Below are positions 38,601 to 50,511 of a stretch of DNA of 64,000 nucleotides, piece after piece (position 1 is the first letter of the stretch; the number at the start of each line of letters is the position of its first letter). The stretch comes from Mobula birostris (Eukaryota): assembly GCF_030028105.1 (NCBI RefSeq), contig NC_092398.1, positions 25,063,649 to 25,127,648 of the forward strand, read 5' to 3'. The position numbers were made by a program, and so were the translations under genes. The notes below the pieces were generated by a model. It made no database searches and was not told where the DNA came from. It worked only from the letters and a program-made list of their open reading frames with translations.

Positions 38601-40949
38601 TGGTTTTGGATACGTGACCCATGGTATTCTCTCCCTGCCCCTTTCCCAGCCAACATACCGAGTGAGATGGTCAGCCCTTCCTCAAGGCTGACGTGTGCTG
38701 CCCGACAGCTGAATGTGTCCCCGTCCTTTGGCTCGATCCCAATGTATTTGTAGACGTTGAAGGTCCAGTCTGGCTCCACCACCAGCTGCGATGATCGGAC
38801 AGGCCTGGTGAACGGCTGCCCGTTGATCAGGAAGCTGAGCTCGATCTCGAAAGGGTAGAAGTTCTCAGCGTAACAGTACAGGGTGTTCGACCTCTGTGGA
38901 GCATAGTCGTCTTCCGTGTATATGTGGATGGTGGGTTTCTCTGGAACACAGAGCAAAGGTCACCGTGAACAGGTCAAATGTAAATGTACATGTGGGAAGG
39001 TCAGCGTGAACGGGGCAAAAGTAACTGTGAATGGCCACGGGTTTGTTCTGAACACAACCAAACCTGTCCCTGAAATTCTGGGCAAACCAAGCGTAAGAGG
39101 CAGGAGGAGAAGATGCAGCGCGCGGCGCGTGCGCAGCCCTCCGGTGAAAATGATGTTGTATCCGTTAAATAGGGGCTGTGGACAATTCTGATTTGATGGA
39201 GAATGGACGTGAAAGCACAGAGCAACACCTGGAGAAATTTCTGAAACGCCCGTTCGCTGCTGTCATTACTGTGTGGTGGTGAATCTTTCCGAGGGTAGGC
39301 CTCAAAATCCCCGGCCTTGCCTGCTTTTGGCGACCGAGAAGGAGGTCGAATCGTTCGGACAGAGATGGCACTCAGTAATCGGTGTCGGACAGCTGATCAG
39401 AGCTCGAAGTTTTCGGATGACTCAGAGTTGGATTGTGGTCGGCATGGCAGGGAGAGTTTTTCTTCCCTCTCCCGACTGCGTGAGACGTGGGACATTTGAG
39501 AAACTTTGAACCTTACTGTGCTCACGGACTTCTTCATCAAGTTATGGTATTGTTACACTGTTTGTAACTATATGTTATAATTATGTGGTTTTGTCAGTTT
39601 TTTCAGTCTTGGTTTGTCCTGTGTTTTTGTGACATCACACCGGAGGAAACAATGTATCATTTCTTAATGCATGCATTACCAAATGACAATAAAAGAGGAC
39701 TACATGTCTTCATAGTCATAATCATAATCATAAGAGGGCCTCAAAGCTTCAGAGAAGGGATATGTAATCAATCAGTATCAATAAAATATGACTATGACTA
39801 TGACTAAAGGTTTAGTGAAAGGGCAAAGATCAGGGATATGGAAAGGTTTAGCGAAAGGGCAAAGATCAGGGATATGGAAAGGATTAGTGAAAGGGCAAAG
39901 ATCAGGCAGATATATGAAAAGGACAGAAGTGCAGCTAGTAGAGCCACTGCCTCATCCAGCTGACAGAGCCAGAAGATGTGGTAGAGGACGGTTCTATTGG
40001 ACTGAAAGACAATTAGACAGGTACATAGATAGGCAAGATACATTGGACAAATGCAGCTGAAGGGGTCTAGTTCAGTACAGAATGGATCATGAGAAGGTTT
40101 GAAATGTTTATAAAATTGAAATATTCACAAATATTCATAAACCAAAGTGCTGAGTTGTATGAGATGCCGTTGAGGCCTAATTTGGAGCATTGTGTTCATT
40201 TCTGGTCACCTTTCTTCAGGAATGATATCAATAAGATTGAAAGAGTGCAGGGAAAATTTACAAGGACTTGAGGACCTGAGTTATTGCGAAAGGATGAACA
40301 GGTTAGGACTTTACTCCCTGGAGTGTAGGAGAATGAAGGTAGATTTGATTGAGATAAACAAAATTATGAGGGGTGTAGAGAAGCTAAACGTGAGCAGGTT
40401 TTTTCCGCTGAGGTTGGGCGAGACTGGAGCTGGAGTTCGTGAGTTGAGAGTTAAGGGTGAAGTGAAAGGGAACCTCAGAGGTGTTGAGAACGTGGAACGA
40501 GCTGCCATCGGGTGTGGTGGTTGTAACTTTGATTTCAAAATGTAAGAGATGCACCTGGATGGGAGGGGCACGGAGGGCGATGGCCTGGGCGCATGTCGAT
40601 TGGATGATAGTTCGGCAAGGGCTAGATGAGCCGAAGGTCCTCTTTCTGTCTGCTATGACTCTTCGCGGCGACTCACTTTTCGGGATGCTCGTACCGTTGG
40701 TGAACTTCATCATCTCCTTGGTGATGCCCTGCTGCCAGGCCTGGATCCCGCTCGACCTCTCCTTGAAGTGGTTCACCTCATCTTGGCCAAGTTCCTTTAC
40801 CCCGTCTGTCTCAATTCCCTTGATGAAGAACGTCTGGCGCTGGTAATCGTAGAAGAGAAAGGGAGAGGTGTTCGTGTCGAAGATGTGGCCGTTGGTTTTG
40901 GAACTCGGACTGTAGCTGTAATACAACCTTTCAGAGATGCTTTTAAACA
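35542..40949 (-). CDS. Spliced MHC class II-type alpha chain, probably W-category alpha (WA); join(40949-40677, 38940-38659, 35651-35542); leader exon not located
   Basis: Three exons of 273, 282 and 110 coding nt have canonical AG/GT sites and join in phase 1 into one open frame: xFKSISERLYY...MMKFTNGTSIPK-K-KPTIHIYT...GLTISL-D-LPPPVPTSGIIVCAVRVTVGVIGSLVTLYLGRAMH*. The order alpha1/Ig-C1/CP-TM is class II alpha organisation. Confidence 0.9.
37527..38460. repeat. Minisatellite, 30-31-nt unit (ggggtcccggggagtgtgtcagtatttaca), ~30 copies
   Basis: Direct tandem repetition; produces repetitive ORFs in all three plus frames. Confidence 0.97.
38659..38940 (-). CDS. Exon: Ig C1-set alpha2 domain with beta2-microglobulin-like residues
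   Basis: Acceptor tgtgttccag|AG at 38941/38940, donor CTCG|gtatgt at 38659/38658, 282 nt, phase 1-1. C1-set motifs NTLYCYAENFYP, DWTF and FSCRAAHVSL; Cys-x55-Cys. Confidence 0.95.
39101..39730 (+). mobile_element. Copy D of the ~630-bp family, in the alpha1-alpha2 intron
   Basis: Same termini; taagagg duplicated at 39094-39100 and 39731-39737. Confidence 0.8.
39806..39907. repeat. 36-nt tandem triplication
   Basis: aaaggtttagtgaaagggcaaagatcagggatatgg x~3. Confidence 0.85.
40677..40949 (-). CDS. Exon: MHC class II-type alpha1 (membrane-distal) domain
   Basis: Acceptor ttgttccaag|TG at 40950/40949, donor AAAA|gtgagt at 40677/40676, 273 nt, phase 1-1. HIFDTNTSPFLFYD aligns with class II alpha F-x-FDFDGDE-x-F-x-VD. 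C-terminal MMKFTNGT matches DR-alpha MTKRSNYT, including the N-glycosylation sequon. Confidence 0.8.
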
Positions 40950-41465
40950 CTTGGAACAAAGTGAGAAAGAAGTTAGATATATGCCCACCCTTTCCTCGAC
41001 CACGTCCAAAATAAATAAATTATCAAAGTACATCTACAATCACTGACCATGTTATTAAGTACACCTGCTGGTTAATGCAAATATCTACTCAGCCAATCAC
41101 GTGGCAGCAGCTCGATGCATCAAAGCTTGCAGGCATGGTCAAGAGGTTCAGTTGTTTTTCAGACCAAACATCAGAATGGGGGAAGAAATGTGACCTAAGT
41201 GACCGTGGAAAGATTGTTGGTGCCAGACGGGGTGGTTTGAGCATCTGAGAAGTTGCTAATCTCCTGGGATTTTCACCTGCAACTGTCTCTGGAGCAGTGG
41301 TTCCCAACCCGGGTCCATGGACCTCTTGATTAATGGTTGGGGTCCAATACACAAAACAGGTTGGGAACCCCCGTTCTAGTGTTTACAGAGAATGGCGTGA
41401 AAAACAAAAAAAAAAAATCCAGCGAGCAGCAGTTCTGCAGGCAAAAACGCTTGTTAATGAGAGAA

Positions 41466-41905
41466 CTGAAATGTTACATTTATCCAGTTATGTTATATGG
41501 TTCAGAATGTCGGACAATATCTAGTAACATGCGGAAAGGAATTGAAGCAGCAGAGATGTGGTTTTTGAGGAGGATGCAAAGAATATCATGGATGAAACGA
41601 ATATTTAACAAGGTTGGCATGAATAGAGCAAGCACAAAAAGAGAAATAATGTATGAGATCATGAAAAAGCAACGTGACTTCCTTTGACATGTGATTAGGA
41701 AAGAGGAGTTAGAATGCACGGTAATTATGGGAAAGATTGAAGGGAAGAAAGCAAGAGGAAGGCAAAGACAAATGATGATGGAGACAGCAGCCAGAGAACC
41801 AGAAATGAATACCAATGAATTGATCCACTTGACCCGAAAAAGGAGTGTGTGGGCCATGGCAGTCAAAGCTCAAACTGGGCATGGCACCTGATGATGATGA
41901 TGATG
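41466..41905 (+). mobile_element. RTE-clade LINE 3' end
   Basis: LKCYIYPVMLYGSEC...AAEMWFLRRMQRISW and GKIEGKKARGRQR motifs; (GAT)n tail at ~41890-41905; inserted in a Tc1-derived element. Confidence 0.8.
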
Positions 41906-42499
41906 AGAGCACTTTCCAGAGGGGAGTGTCTGCAATGAGTTTTCCTGCCCACTTCTTCTTCCTGGACACGCACAAGTCCTGCAGTGATGGTAAACTGCAG
42001 CCAATGCAGGGCACTGCCCTCACAGTTCGCTGTAGTTTTTGTCTACTGTGCGAGGATACAGTAAGAGGATTGCCGGTTTCTTAGGAGGTTAAGGAGACTC
42101 TGCTCATCACCGACCATCCTAACTCCTGTCGAGAACGTCCTGGCTGGTTACATCACGGCCTGAATGCGCAGAAGTACAAGAAGCTGCAGAGATTAGTGGA
42201 TTCAGCCCAATGCATCACAGGCCCACCCCTTCTCACCATCAGTAGTGTTTGCCTCAAGAAGACAACATTAAAGATTGCTCACCGTCCAGGGCCACACCAT
42301 CATTGCGCAGCTCCCATTGGTACAGGAGCCTGAAGTCCCACACCACCAGGTTCAGAAACAGTGGCTTCCCTTCAACCCTTCGGCTCTGGAACTGACCAGC
42401 ACAACTCTCATCACTACCTCGGTACAGTAACTCACCTTGATTACCATTGGATGAGGGTGCAGAAATATCTCTATTTTTCCCTTTCAGGGTTCTTTTAAA

Positions 42500-44606
42500 T
42501 CTTTTAAAGATTGCATGGATGAACTACAACAATTGTTCATCCCAGTTTGGCAAAAGAATAAATCAAGGAAGGTAGTGCACCCGTGGCTGACAAGAGAAAT
42601 TAGGGATAGTATCAATTCCAAAGAAGAAGCATACAAATTAGCCAGAAAAAGTAGCTCACCTGAGGACTGGGAGAAATTCAGAGTTCAGCAGAGAAGGACA
42701 AAGGGCTTAATTAGGAAGGGGAAAAAAGATTATGAGAGAAAACTGGCAGGGAACATAAAAACTGACTGTAAAAGCTTTTATAGATATGTGCAAAGGAAAA
42801 GTCTGGTAAAGACAAATGTAAGTCCCCTACAGACAGAAACAGGTGAATTGATTATGGGGAGCAAAGACATGGCAGACCAATTGAATAATTACTTTGGTTC
42901 TGTTTTCACTAAGGAGGACATAAATAATCTTCCAGAAATAGTAGGAGACAGAGGGTCCACTGAGATGGAGGAACTGAGCGAAATACATGTTAGTAGGGAA
43001 GTGGTGTTAGGTAAATTGAAGGGATTAAAGGCAGATAAATCCCCAGGCCAGATGGTCTGCATCCCAGAGTGTTTAATGAAGTAGCCCAAGAAATAGTGGA
43101 TGCATTAGTGATAATTTTTCAAAACTCGTTAGATTCTGGACTAGTTCCTGAGGATTGGAGGGTGGCTAATGTAACCCCACTTTTTAAAAAAGGAGGGAGA
43201 GAGAAACCGGGGAATTATAGACCGGTTAGCCTAACGTCGGTGGTGGGGAAACTGCTGGAGTCAGTTATCAAAGATATGATAACAGCACATTTGGAAAGCA
43301 GTGAAATCATCGGACAAAGTCAGCATGGATTTGTGAAAGGAAAATCATGTCTGACGAATCTCATAGAATTTTTTGAGGATGTAACTAGTAGAGTGGATAG
43401 GGGAGAACCAGTGCATGTGGTATATTTGGATTTTCAAAAGGCTTTTGACAAGGTCCCACACAGGAGATTAGTGTGCAAACTTAAAGCACACGGTATTGGG
43501 GGTAAGGTATTGATGTGGATAGAGAATTGGTTAGCAGACAGGAAGCAAAGAGTGGGAATAAACGGGACCTTTTCAGAATGGCAGGCAGTGACTAGTGGGG
43601 TACTGCAAGGCTCAGTGCTCGGACCCCAGTTGTTTACAATATATATTAATGTCTTGGATGAGGGAATTAAATGCAGCATCTCCAAGTTTGCGGATGACAC
43701 GAAGCTGGGCGGCAGTGTTAGCTGTTCAGGAGGATGCTAAGAGGATGCAGAGTGACTTGGATAGGTTGGGTGAGTGGGCAAATTCATGGCAGATGCAATT
43801 TAATGTGGATAAATGTGAAGTTATCCGCTTTGGTGACAAAAATAGGAAAACAGATTATTATCTGAATGGTGGCCGATTAGGAAAAGGGGAGGTGCAACGA
43901 GACCTGGGTGTCATTATACACCAGTCATTGAAAGTGGGCATGCAGGTACAGCAGGCGGTGAAAAAGGCGAATGGTATGCTGGCATTTATAGCAAGAGGAT
44001 TTGAGTACAGGAGCAGGGAAGTACTACTGCAGTTGTACAAGGCCTTGGTGAGACCACACCTGGAATATTGGTCCCCTAATCTGAAGAAAGACATCCTTGC
44101 CATAGAGGGAGTACAAAGAAGGTTCACCAGATTGATTCCTGGGATGGCAGGACTTCCATATGAAGAAAGACTGGATGAACTAGGCTTGTACTCGTTGGAA
44201 TTTAGAGATTGAGGGGGGATCTGATTGAAACGTATAAAATCCTAAAGGGATTGGACAGGCTAGATGCAGGAAAATTGTTCCCGATGTTGGGGAAGTCCAG
44301 AACGAGGGGTCACGGTTTGAGGATAAAGGCAAAGCCTTTTAGGACTAAGATTACGAAAAACTTCTTCACACAGGGAGTGGTGAATCTGTGGAATTCTCTG
44401 CCACAGGAAACAGTTCATTGGCTATGTTTAAGAGGGAGTTAGATATGGCCCTTGTAGCTAGGGGGATCAGAGGGTATGGAGGGAAGGCCGGTGCAGGGTT
44501 CTGAGTTGGATGATCAGCCATGATCATAATAAATGGCGGTGCAGGCTCGAAGGGCCGAATGGCCTACTCCTGCACCTATTTTCTATGTTTCTATGTTTCT
44601 ATGTTT
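42500..44606 (+). mobile_element. CR1 LINE, ~2.1-kb 3' portion with RT
   Basis: Collinear ORFs 42515-43084, 43069-43740 ([20 protein letters not shown]), 43595-44212 and 44209-44442 with frameshifts; (ttctatgt)n tail. Confidence 0.93.
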
Positions 44607-47600
44607 TGAAGACGCTGACCTGGAGTTACATGCTGACTTCGGTTCTTTGCGGGAATTGGACCCGCTCTCGGGGTCTCACGACTGGCCGTTATTCGATATG
44701 CCAAGGACACGGCCTAGAAGACTCGCGCACAGGATTTCGTGGTTCTGGAGGCCGGCAGACTTGAGGTCGGTGCTTCAGCAGGAAATTGGTGTGTCGTGGG
44801 AGCACACAAAAGATCGAAAGCAGAGAGCTGGCTGCTGGCTGTGTGCCCAGAGACCCAAGTTCATTGTGCACAGAGCTCGGAAAAAGCGACGCAACAGACT
44901 TTTAACACCGTAAATCAGTGAGTGGCTTTGTTATGTCTCCCTTCTCGCTGTCAAATGGGGACGCCTCTTTTTCCCTTATTAGGGAGAGAGAGAGAGAGCC
45001 TGTGGAATGTTGAATACCGGGTGAACGAGTAGTCCTTGGGGTACTACAAGTCTGTCTCTTTATTGATGCTTTGCTGTACGCTTGAATGCTTGGTGAGGTG
45101 TGCAGCTGCTTTTTCGCTGGTGGGGAGGGGGTCATTGCTTTGCTGCTGCTTGTGCGTAGGTGGGGGAGCTGGGGGGCGGCTTTGGGGTTCCTCTGTTATC
45201 GTGGATGTTTGCAAAGAAAAAAGATTTCAGGATGTATATTGTATACATTTCTCTGACATTGGATGTACCTTTGAGAATTGCTACCTTTCTTGCATTTCCC
45301 TTGTAGTTTAACATTCTTGAGCTTGCCTTTTACATAATCACCTGATCAGTGATTTTTCCAGCAATTACGGTATAGTGTTTCTCTATTTTTCTGGAAGCTT
45401 CCTATTTTGTCATGCCACTTGAATCCAGCTATTTATAGGTTGTTATCTCCAGTCTGAGTACGTCCTTTGTTCTATGGAATGCTGAAAGGCCTCGACAGAG
45501 TGGGTGTGGAGAGGGTGTTTCCAATGGTGGGGAGAGTCTAAGACCAGAGCACACAGCTTCAGATTGGAGGGGCGTCCTTTTAGAACGGAGATGTGGAGCA
45601 ATTTCTTTAGCCAGAGAGTGGTGAGTCTGTGGAATTTTCTGCCACGGGCGGCTGTGGAGACAAAGTCATCGGGTGTGTTTAAGGCAGAGGTTGACAGGTT
45701 CTTGATTAGTCAGGGCATGAAGACAGGAGACTGGGGCTGAGAGGGAAATGGATCAGCCATGGGGAAATGGTGGAGCAGACTCGATGGGCCAAATAGCCTA
45801 AATCTGCTCCAATATCTTATAGTCTTCATTAGGTACACTTGTTTGATAATGCAAATATCTAATCAGCCGATCATGTGGCAGCAGCTCACTGCATTAAGAA
45901 GTTTTTTTCATAAAAGAGTTTCAACACACTCACTGCTTTTTCAAGATACTTTTTCGAACGAGCTAGTGTAAGTTTTCTTCTGTCCCGTTACACTGGAGGA
46001 CTTTGAGTCAAGGCAAACTATTTATTTGACTTTACCAGGGGTGACGAAAGGGTGTTGCAGGGTTGCCAGGGCTCCCTAGCTGGAGAGGAGAAAAGTTCAG
46101 ATCAGATTATTTTGAGATTAAAAACAAGTAATGCTCAGGCTTTAGAAGGCATTGGTCAGACCACACTTGGAGCATCGTGAACAGTTTTAGGTCCCTTATG
46201 CGTTGGCATTAGAGAAGGTCTAGAGGAGAATGGTCCTGGGAATGAAAGGGTTAATACATGAGGAGCATTTGATGGCTCAGGCATGTACTTGCTGGTGGTT
46301 AGAAGAACGATGGGGGATTCTCAATGAAACCTATTGAATATTGAAAGACTTAGATAATGGATGTAAAGGCAACCAATGAAAAAGAACTGCCTCATCCTTT
46401 GAATGGGCCAATCAATGACTAGCACGACAGAAGCAGCTTTCGACAGGTTAATAAACCAGCTCCTCTCATGACACCAATTCCTGAATACTCCGGCTTCTGT
46501 CCAAACTAATTAATGTGCCTCATTAAGATACTGAGACAGCCTTTAAAAATCAGAAGCATTACAAATTAATACTACATATTTAAAACATAGAGACATAGAG
46601 ATGCTTAAAACAATTAAAATGTTTAACTTAATAATAAAATATGTATATTCAGTAATTTAAAAAAAAGATACTGAGACAGCTTTCTTTGACCGACCCATGA
46701 CAACTGTTGACTAATAATGTGAGGCCAATGTTCCTACTCTTGGACCAGACTCTTTGCGAGCAATGGGGGGTCCTTAAACCGAGCTGGTTTAGTACATGGG
46801 TAGGATGGGTTCTGTGGGACATGTACCAAATGGGACTAACTTAGAGGGCACTATGGTTGGTACAGATATGTTGGGCCAAAGGGCCAATTTCTGTGCTGTA
46901 TTGATCCATGACCTCTATTAGTTCATTAGATCAATAAAAAGAAATGGATGAAATCTTTCCGAGTGTGAATTTCTCATCTTATATCATGGAACCATGGAAC
47001 TTGATGGTTGAAGGGTAATACCTGTTCCTGAACCTGGTGGTGTGGGACTTAAGGCTCCTGTACCTCCTTCCCAAAGGTGGTAGTGAGAAGAGAGCATGGC
47101 CAAGATGGTAGGGGTCACTGATGCTGGATGGTCACTAGGTGGTGAAGGTGGTGTTTGGCATGCTGGCCTCCAGCAGTCAGGGAATGGTGTAGAGGAGCAG
47201 GGACATGACGTGCATTTGTCCAGCGATCACAACCAGGGTTCGAACCCCACCACCATCTGCAAGTTCACCCATGACCGCGTGGGTTTCCTCTGAGCGCTCC
47301 GGTTTCCTGCCACACTCCAAACACGCCGCAGATTGATGCACTTGGGTTCAAGAGCCACAGAGTAGTGCTACAGCTCTGTTAAACCCTGGTTAGATCACAC
47401 TTGGAATAGTGTATTCAGTTCTGACCTCCTCATTACAGGAAGGATGTGGAAGCTTTAGAAGGGGTTCAAGTTAGATTTGCTGCCTGGATTACAGAGAATG
47501 CCTTACAAGGATAGGATAAGCAAACTAGGGCTATTTTCTTGAGAGTGAAGAATTAGAGGTGACTTGATAAAGGTGTTAAAGATGATAAGAGGTATTGATT

Positions 47601-47624
47601 GGACAGACAGATAACAATATTCAA

Positions 47625-48270
47625 GCAACACACATAAAAGTTGCTGGTGAACGCAGCAGGCCAGGCACCATCTATAGGAAGAGGTACAGTCGACGTTTCC
47701 GGCCGAGACCCTTTGTCAGGACTAATTGAAAGAAGAGCTAGTAAGAGATTTGGAAGTGGGAGATCCAAAATGATAAGAGAAGACAGGAGGGGGAGGGGAA
47801 GCTCTGAAATGATAGGTGAAGACAGGAGGGGGAGGGATGGAGCCAGGAGCTGGACAGTTGATTGGCAAAAGGGATATGAGAGGATCATGAGATGGGAGGC
47901 CTAGGGAAAAAGAAAGGGGGAGGAGTGAAGCCTAGAGGATAGGCAAGGAGTATAGTGAGAGGGACAGAGTGAGAAAAAGGAGTGAGAGAAAAAGAATATA
48001 TTAAAGAATATATATATATATAAATGAATAAATAACGGATGGGGTACAAGGGAGAGGAGGGGCATTAACAGAAGTTAGAGAAGACAATGTTCATGCCATC
48101 AGGTTGGAGGCTACCCAGATGGAATATAAGGTGTTGCTCCTCCAACCTGAGTGTGGCTTCATCTTGACAGTAGAGGAGGCCATGGGTAGACATATCAGAA
48201 TGGGAATGGGACGTGGAATTAAAATGTGTGGCCACTGGGAGATCTTGCTTTCTCTGGTGGACAGGGCGTA
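47625..48270 (-). mobile_element. Penelope-like element 3' end (GIY-YIG endonuclease C-terminus)
   Basis: ORF 48065-48310 VATHFNSTSHS...RLEEQHLIFHLGSLQPDGMN. Related pieces at ~10500-10800, ~23240-23560, ~24170-24480 and ~57412-57762. Confidence 0.75.
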
Positions 48271-49109
48271 TCAATAACAATATTTGATGGATTTCATTAA
48301 GATGCTCCACCTCATTCTCCTAAAATCCAGCAAGTACAGACCCAGAGCCATCAAATGCTCCTGTTGCGTTAACCCTTTCATTCCCAGGATCATGCTTGTG
48401 AACCTCCTTTGGACCCTCCTCCAATGCTAGCAGATGCTTTCTTAGGGGCCCCAAACTACTCATGATACTTCAAGTGTGGTTTGATCAATGCCTTTAAAGC
48501 CTCGGCATTACATCCTTGCTTTTTTATTCTAGCCCTCCGGAAATGGCTGCTAACATTGAATTTGCCTTCCTTACCATTGACTTAACCTTCAAATTAACCT
48601 GGGAAACTGGGACGAGCAGTGGTCACATCTCAGAAGTCACTCTGGAGTTGGCAATCTGGACTCACTCAGTTTGTATTCAATAGCCAGGAATCAGAAGTCA
48701 CAGCTCACTGACCCAGTCCTCACACTAATCCCAGCACCCCTCTCTCCCAGTGTGGGGAACAACTCAGTGTTTGGATAAGTTCTTATGTCAGTCCCCCACT
48801 GTGTCCCCACGGCTGTTTGTCTGTATGTTCACAGACCAATTAGGCCATTAGGCCCCGTGAGTCTGTTCCACCATTTCATCATGGCTGATCCAATTTTCCT
48901 CTCAGAAGGCAGGAGACTGGGGCTGACAGAAAATTGGATCAGCCACGATGAAATGGTGGAGCAGACTTGATGGGCCAAATGGCCTAATTCTGCTCCTACA
49001 TCTTATGGTCTCATCTCATTGCCCTAATCTCTCCCCTGAGCCCTGTGTCAAACGAATCCCACTATTCCACTCTCTCTTCACAGCCCTTTGCCAATTCCCA
49101 AACTAATCC

Positions 49110-49370
49110 CACTGCCCCACTCTCTCCCCCCCAGCCCCGCGACAGTCACTGGACTCTCACTGCCCCGCTCTCTCCCCTCAGCCCCACGTCAATCACCGGA
49201 CTCTCACTGGCCCGCTCTCTCCCCTCAGACCCGCGTCAGTCACCGGACTCTCACTGCCCCGCGTTCTCCCCCCAGCCCCGTGTCAATCACCGGGCTCTCA
49301 CTGCCCCGCGTTCTCCCCCCAGCCCCGTGTCAGTCACCGGACTCTCACTGCCCCGCGTTCTCCCTTCAGC
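49110..49370. repeat. Tandem repeat, 47-nt unit, ~5.5 copies
   Basis: cagcccc-like anchor recurs at 49132, 49179, 49226, 49273, 49320 and 49367. Confidence 0.92.
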
Positions 49371-50068
49371 CTTGCGTTGTTATAGAGTTGAGAGGAAACA
49401 GGTTCAAGGTGACAGGAAAGTGAGAGTAACTCAAATAACCACACGTGTGCAGAAGAGCATTTCTGAACGCATGAAATGCCGACCCTTGAACGTTGAATAT
49501 AGCAGCTGAAGGCCACGGAAATACACTCAGTGGCCACTTTATTAGCGGCAGGCGGCATTTACACTGAGCGTGTATTCTCCATTTTGTTTTTTTAAAACTG
49601 ACTTGATGTAGAAGTGGAATAAGCTGGAAAGCATACAAAGCCAAAAGAGTTTTATTACTTAACCAATGATGATTTATAATGAAATTATTTAGTTTAGTGA
49701 TATATTAATAAGGAATTATTTACAACAAAATTATTTACAGTCAGGCAACTTGTAAAGTTTCAAGTCTTAGCAAATCATTCCTCAGCCGACACCGAAGTGC
49801 CTTCGGAAACGCGCACTGAGCTCCGTTGAAAGGACGGCAAAGTGACCAAAGGATCTTTCTTGGACACTGCCGCTCACTTGATTGTTAGGAAAGCCCGATT
49901 TCTCTCCGTGGAGGACAGTCTCCTGCTACTCTTCGATGTGAACCGTCCGCCTGGCGTGGAGAGGTGGCCGGAAAATCCTCACCCTCGGCAGCGGCGAGCT
50001 CCTCCACGGTGCTTGTGACGTTGTGGGGCGACCACGGGAGGAGGAAGGTCTGCATTCAGCTCACACCT

Positions 50069-50281
50069 CTACTGGGGCAAATTGACCTGCAGGTTCCTTT
50101 GCCAGCTCCAGTTCCTCTCCCTCGGGATCGGCCACAGGGCGACGCACCTCCGCAGATAGAGGTTCTTCGCCAGGGAACACACGGGCCGCAGCTGGAATAG
50201 CGAGGGCTCCCCACCGCCATTCATCCCATTGCTGGCTACTGCCTCATGGTCTGGCTGCCTTTCCTCCGGGTCTTCCGGCTC
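50069..50281 (-). CDS. Candidate terminal coding exon of the same unidentified gene (3' UTR to ~49640)
   Basis: Acceptor ttctatttctactcaag|GAG at 50282/50281, phase 0 matching the upstream donor. Encodes EPEDPEERQPDHEAV...WPIPRERNWSWQRNLQVNLPQ*. Unique CpG-rich DNA, followed by two TGTAAATA motifs (49739-49732, 49724-49717) and AATAAA (49656-49651). Confidence 0.45.
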   Translation of the reverse strand, partial: EPEDPEERQPDHEAVASNGMNGGGEPSLFQLRPVCSLAKNLYLRRCVALWPIPRERNWSWQRNLQVNLPQ

Positions 50282-50511
50282 CTTGAGTAGAAATAGAATG
50301 TTTAGCCGTCTGCTTCTCTCAAACCGCAGCAAATAAACTATAAACGATGACGCATTCATTGTTCTACCGCGAAGAGGCAAAAAGACAGGCTCCAAGCAGA
50401 ACGAGAGGTGAACGAAATGGTCACACCGTCGTGATGAGTGACCGCTCAGTAGACACTAATGGGACAACAAGGTAGATCAGTCTACAGGTGTGAGTTGGTA
50501 ACAATCGTTAC

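Noticed and set aside
38659-38940. Calling the Ig exon beta2-microglobulin
   Set aside because: It is flanked in phase by an alpha1-like exon and a class II alpha-like TM exon, and its Cys spacing is one residue longer than beta2m.
38573-38956. ORF-track boundaries for the Ig ORF (also 40384-40959)
   Set aside because: The extensions beyond the splice sites are intronic read-through.
42515-44442. Active reverse-transcriptase gene or novel RT system
   Set aside because: Ordinary CR1 ORF2 with several frameshifts and 5' truncation.
46036-46079. 44-nt exon-like segment with good splice sites (minus strand)
   Set aside because: No ATG, and the frame needed to join alpha1 begins with TAG.
46419-46469. 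MRGAGLLTCRKLLLSC* (minus strand) as the alpha-chain leader
   Set aside because: Stops before a donor site and has a weak hydrophobic core.
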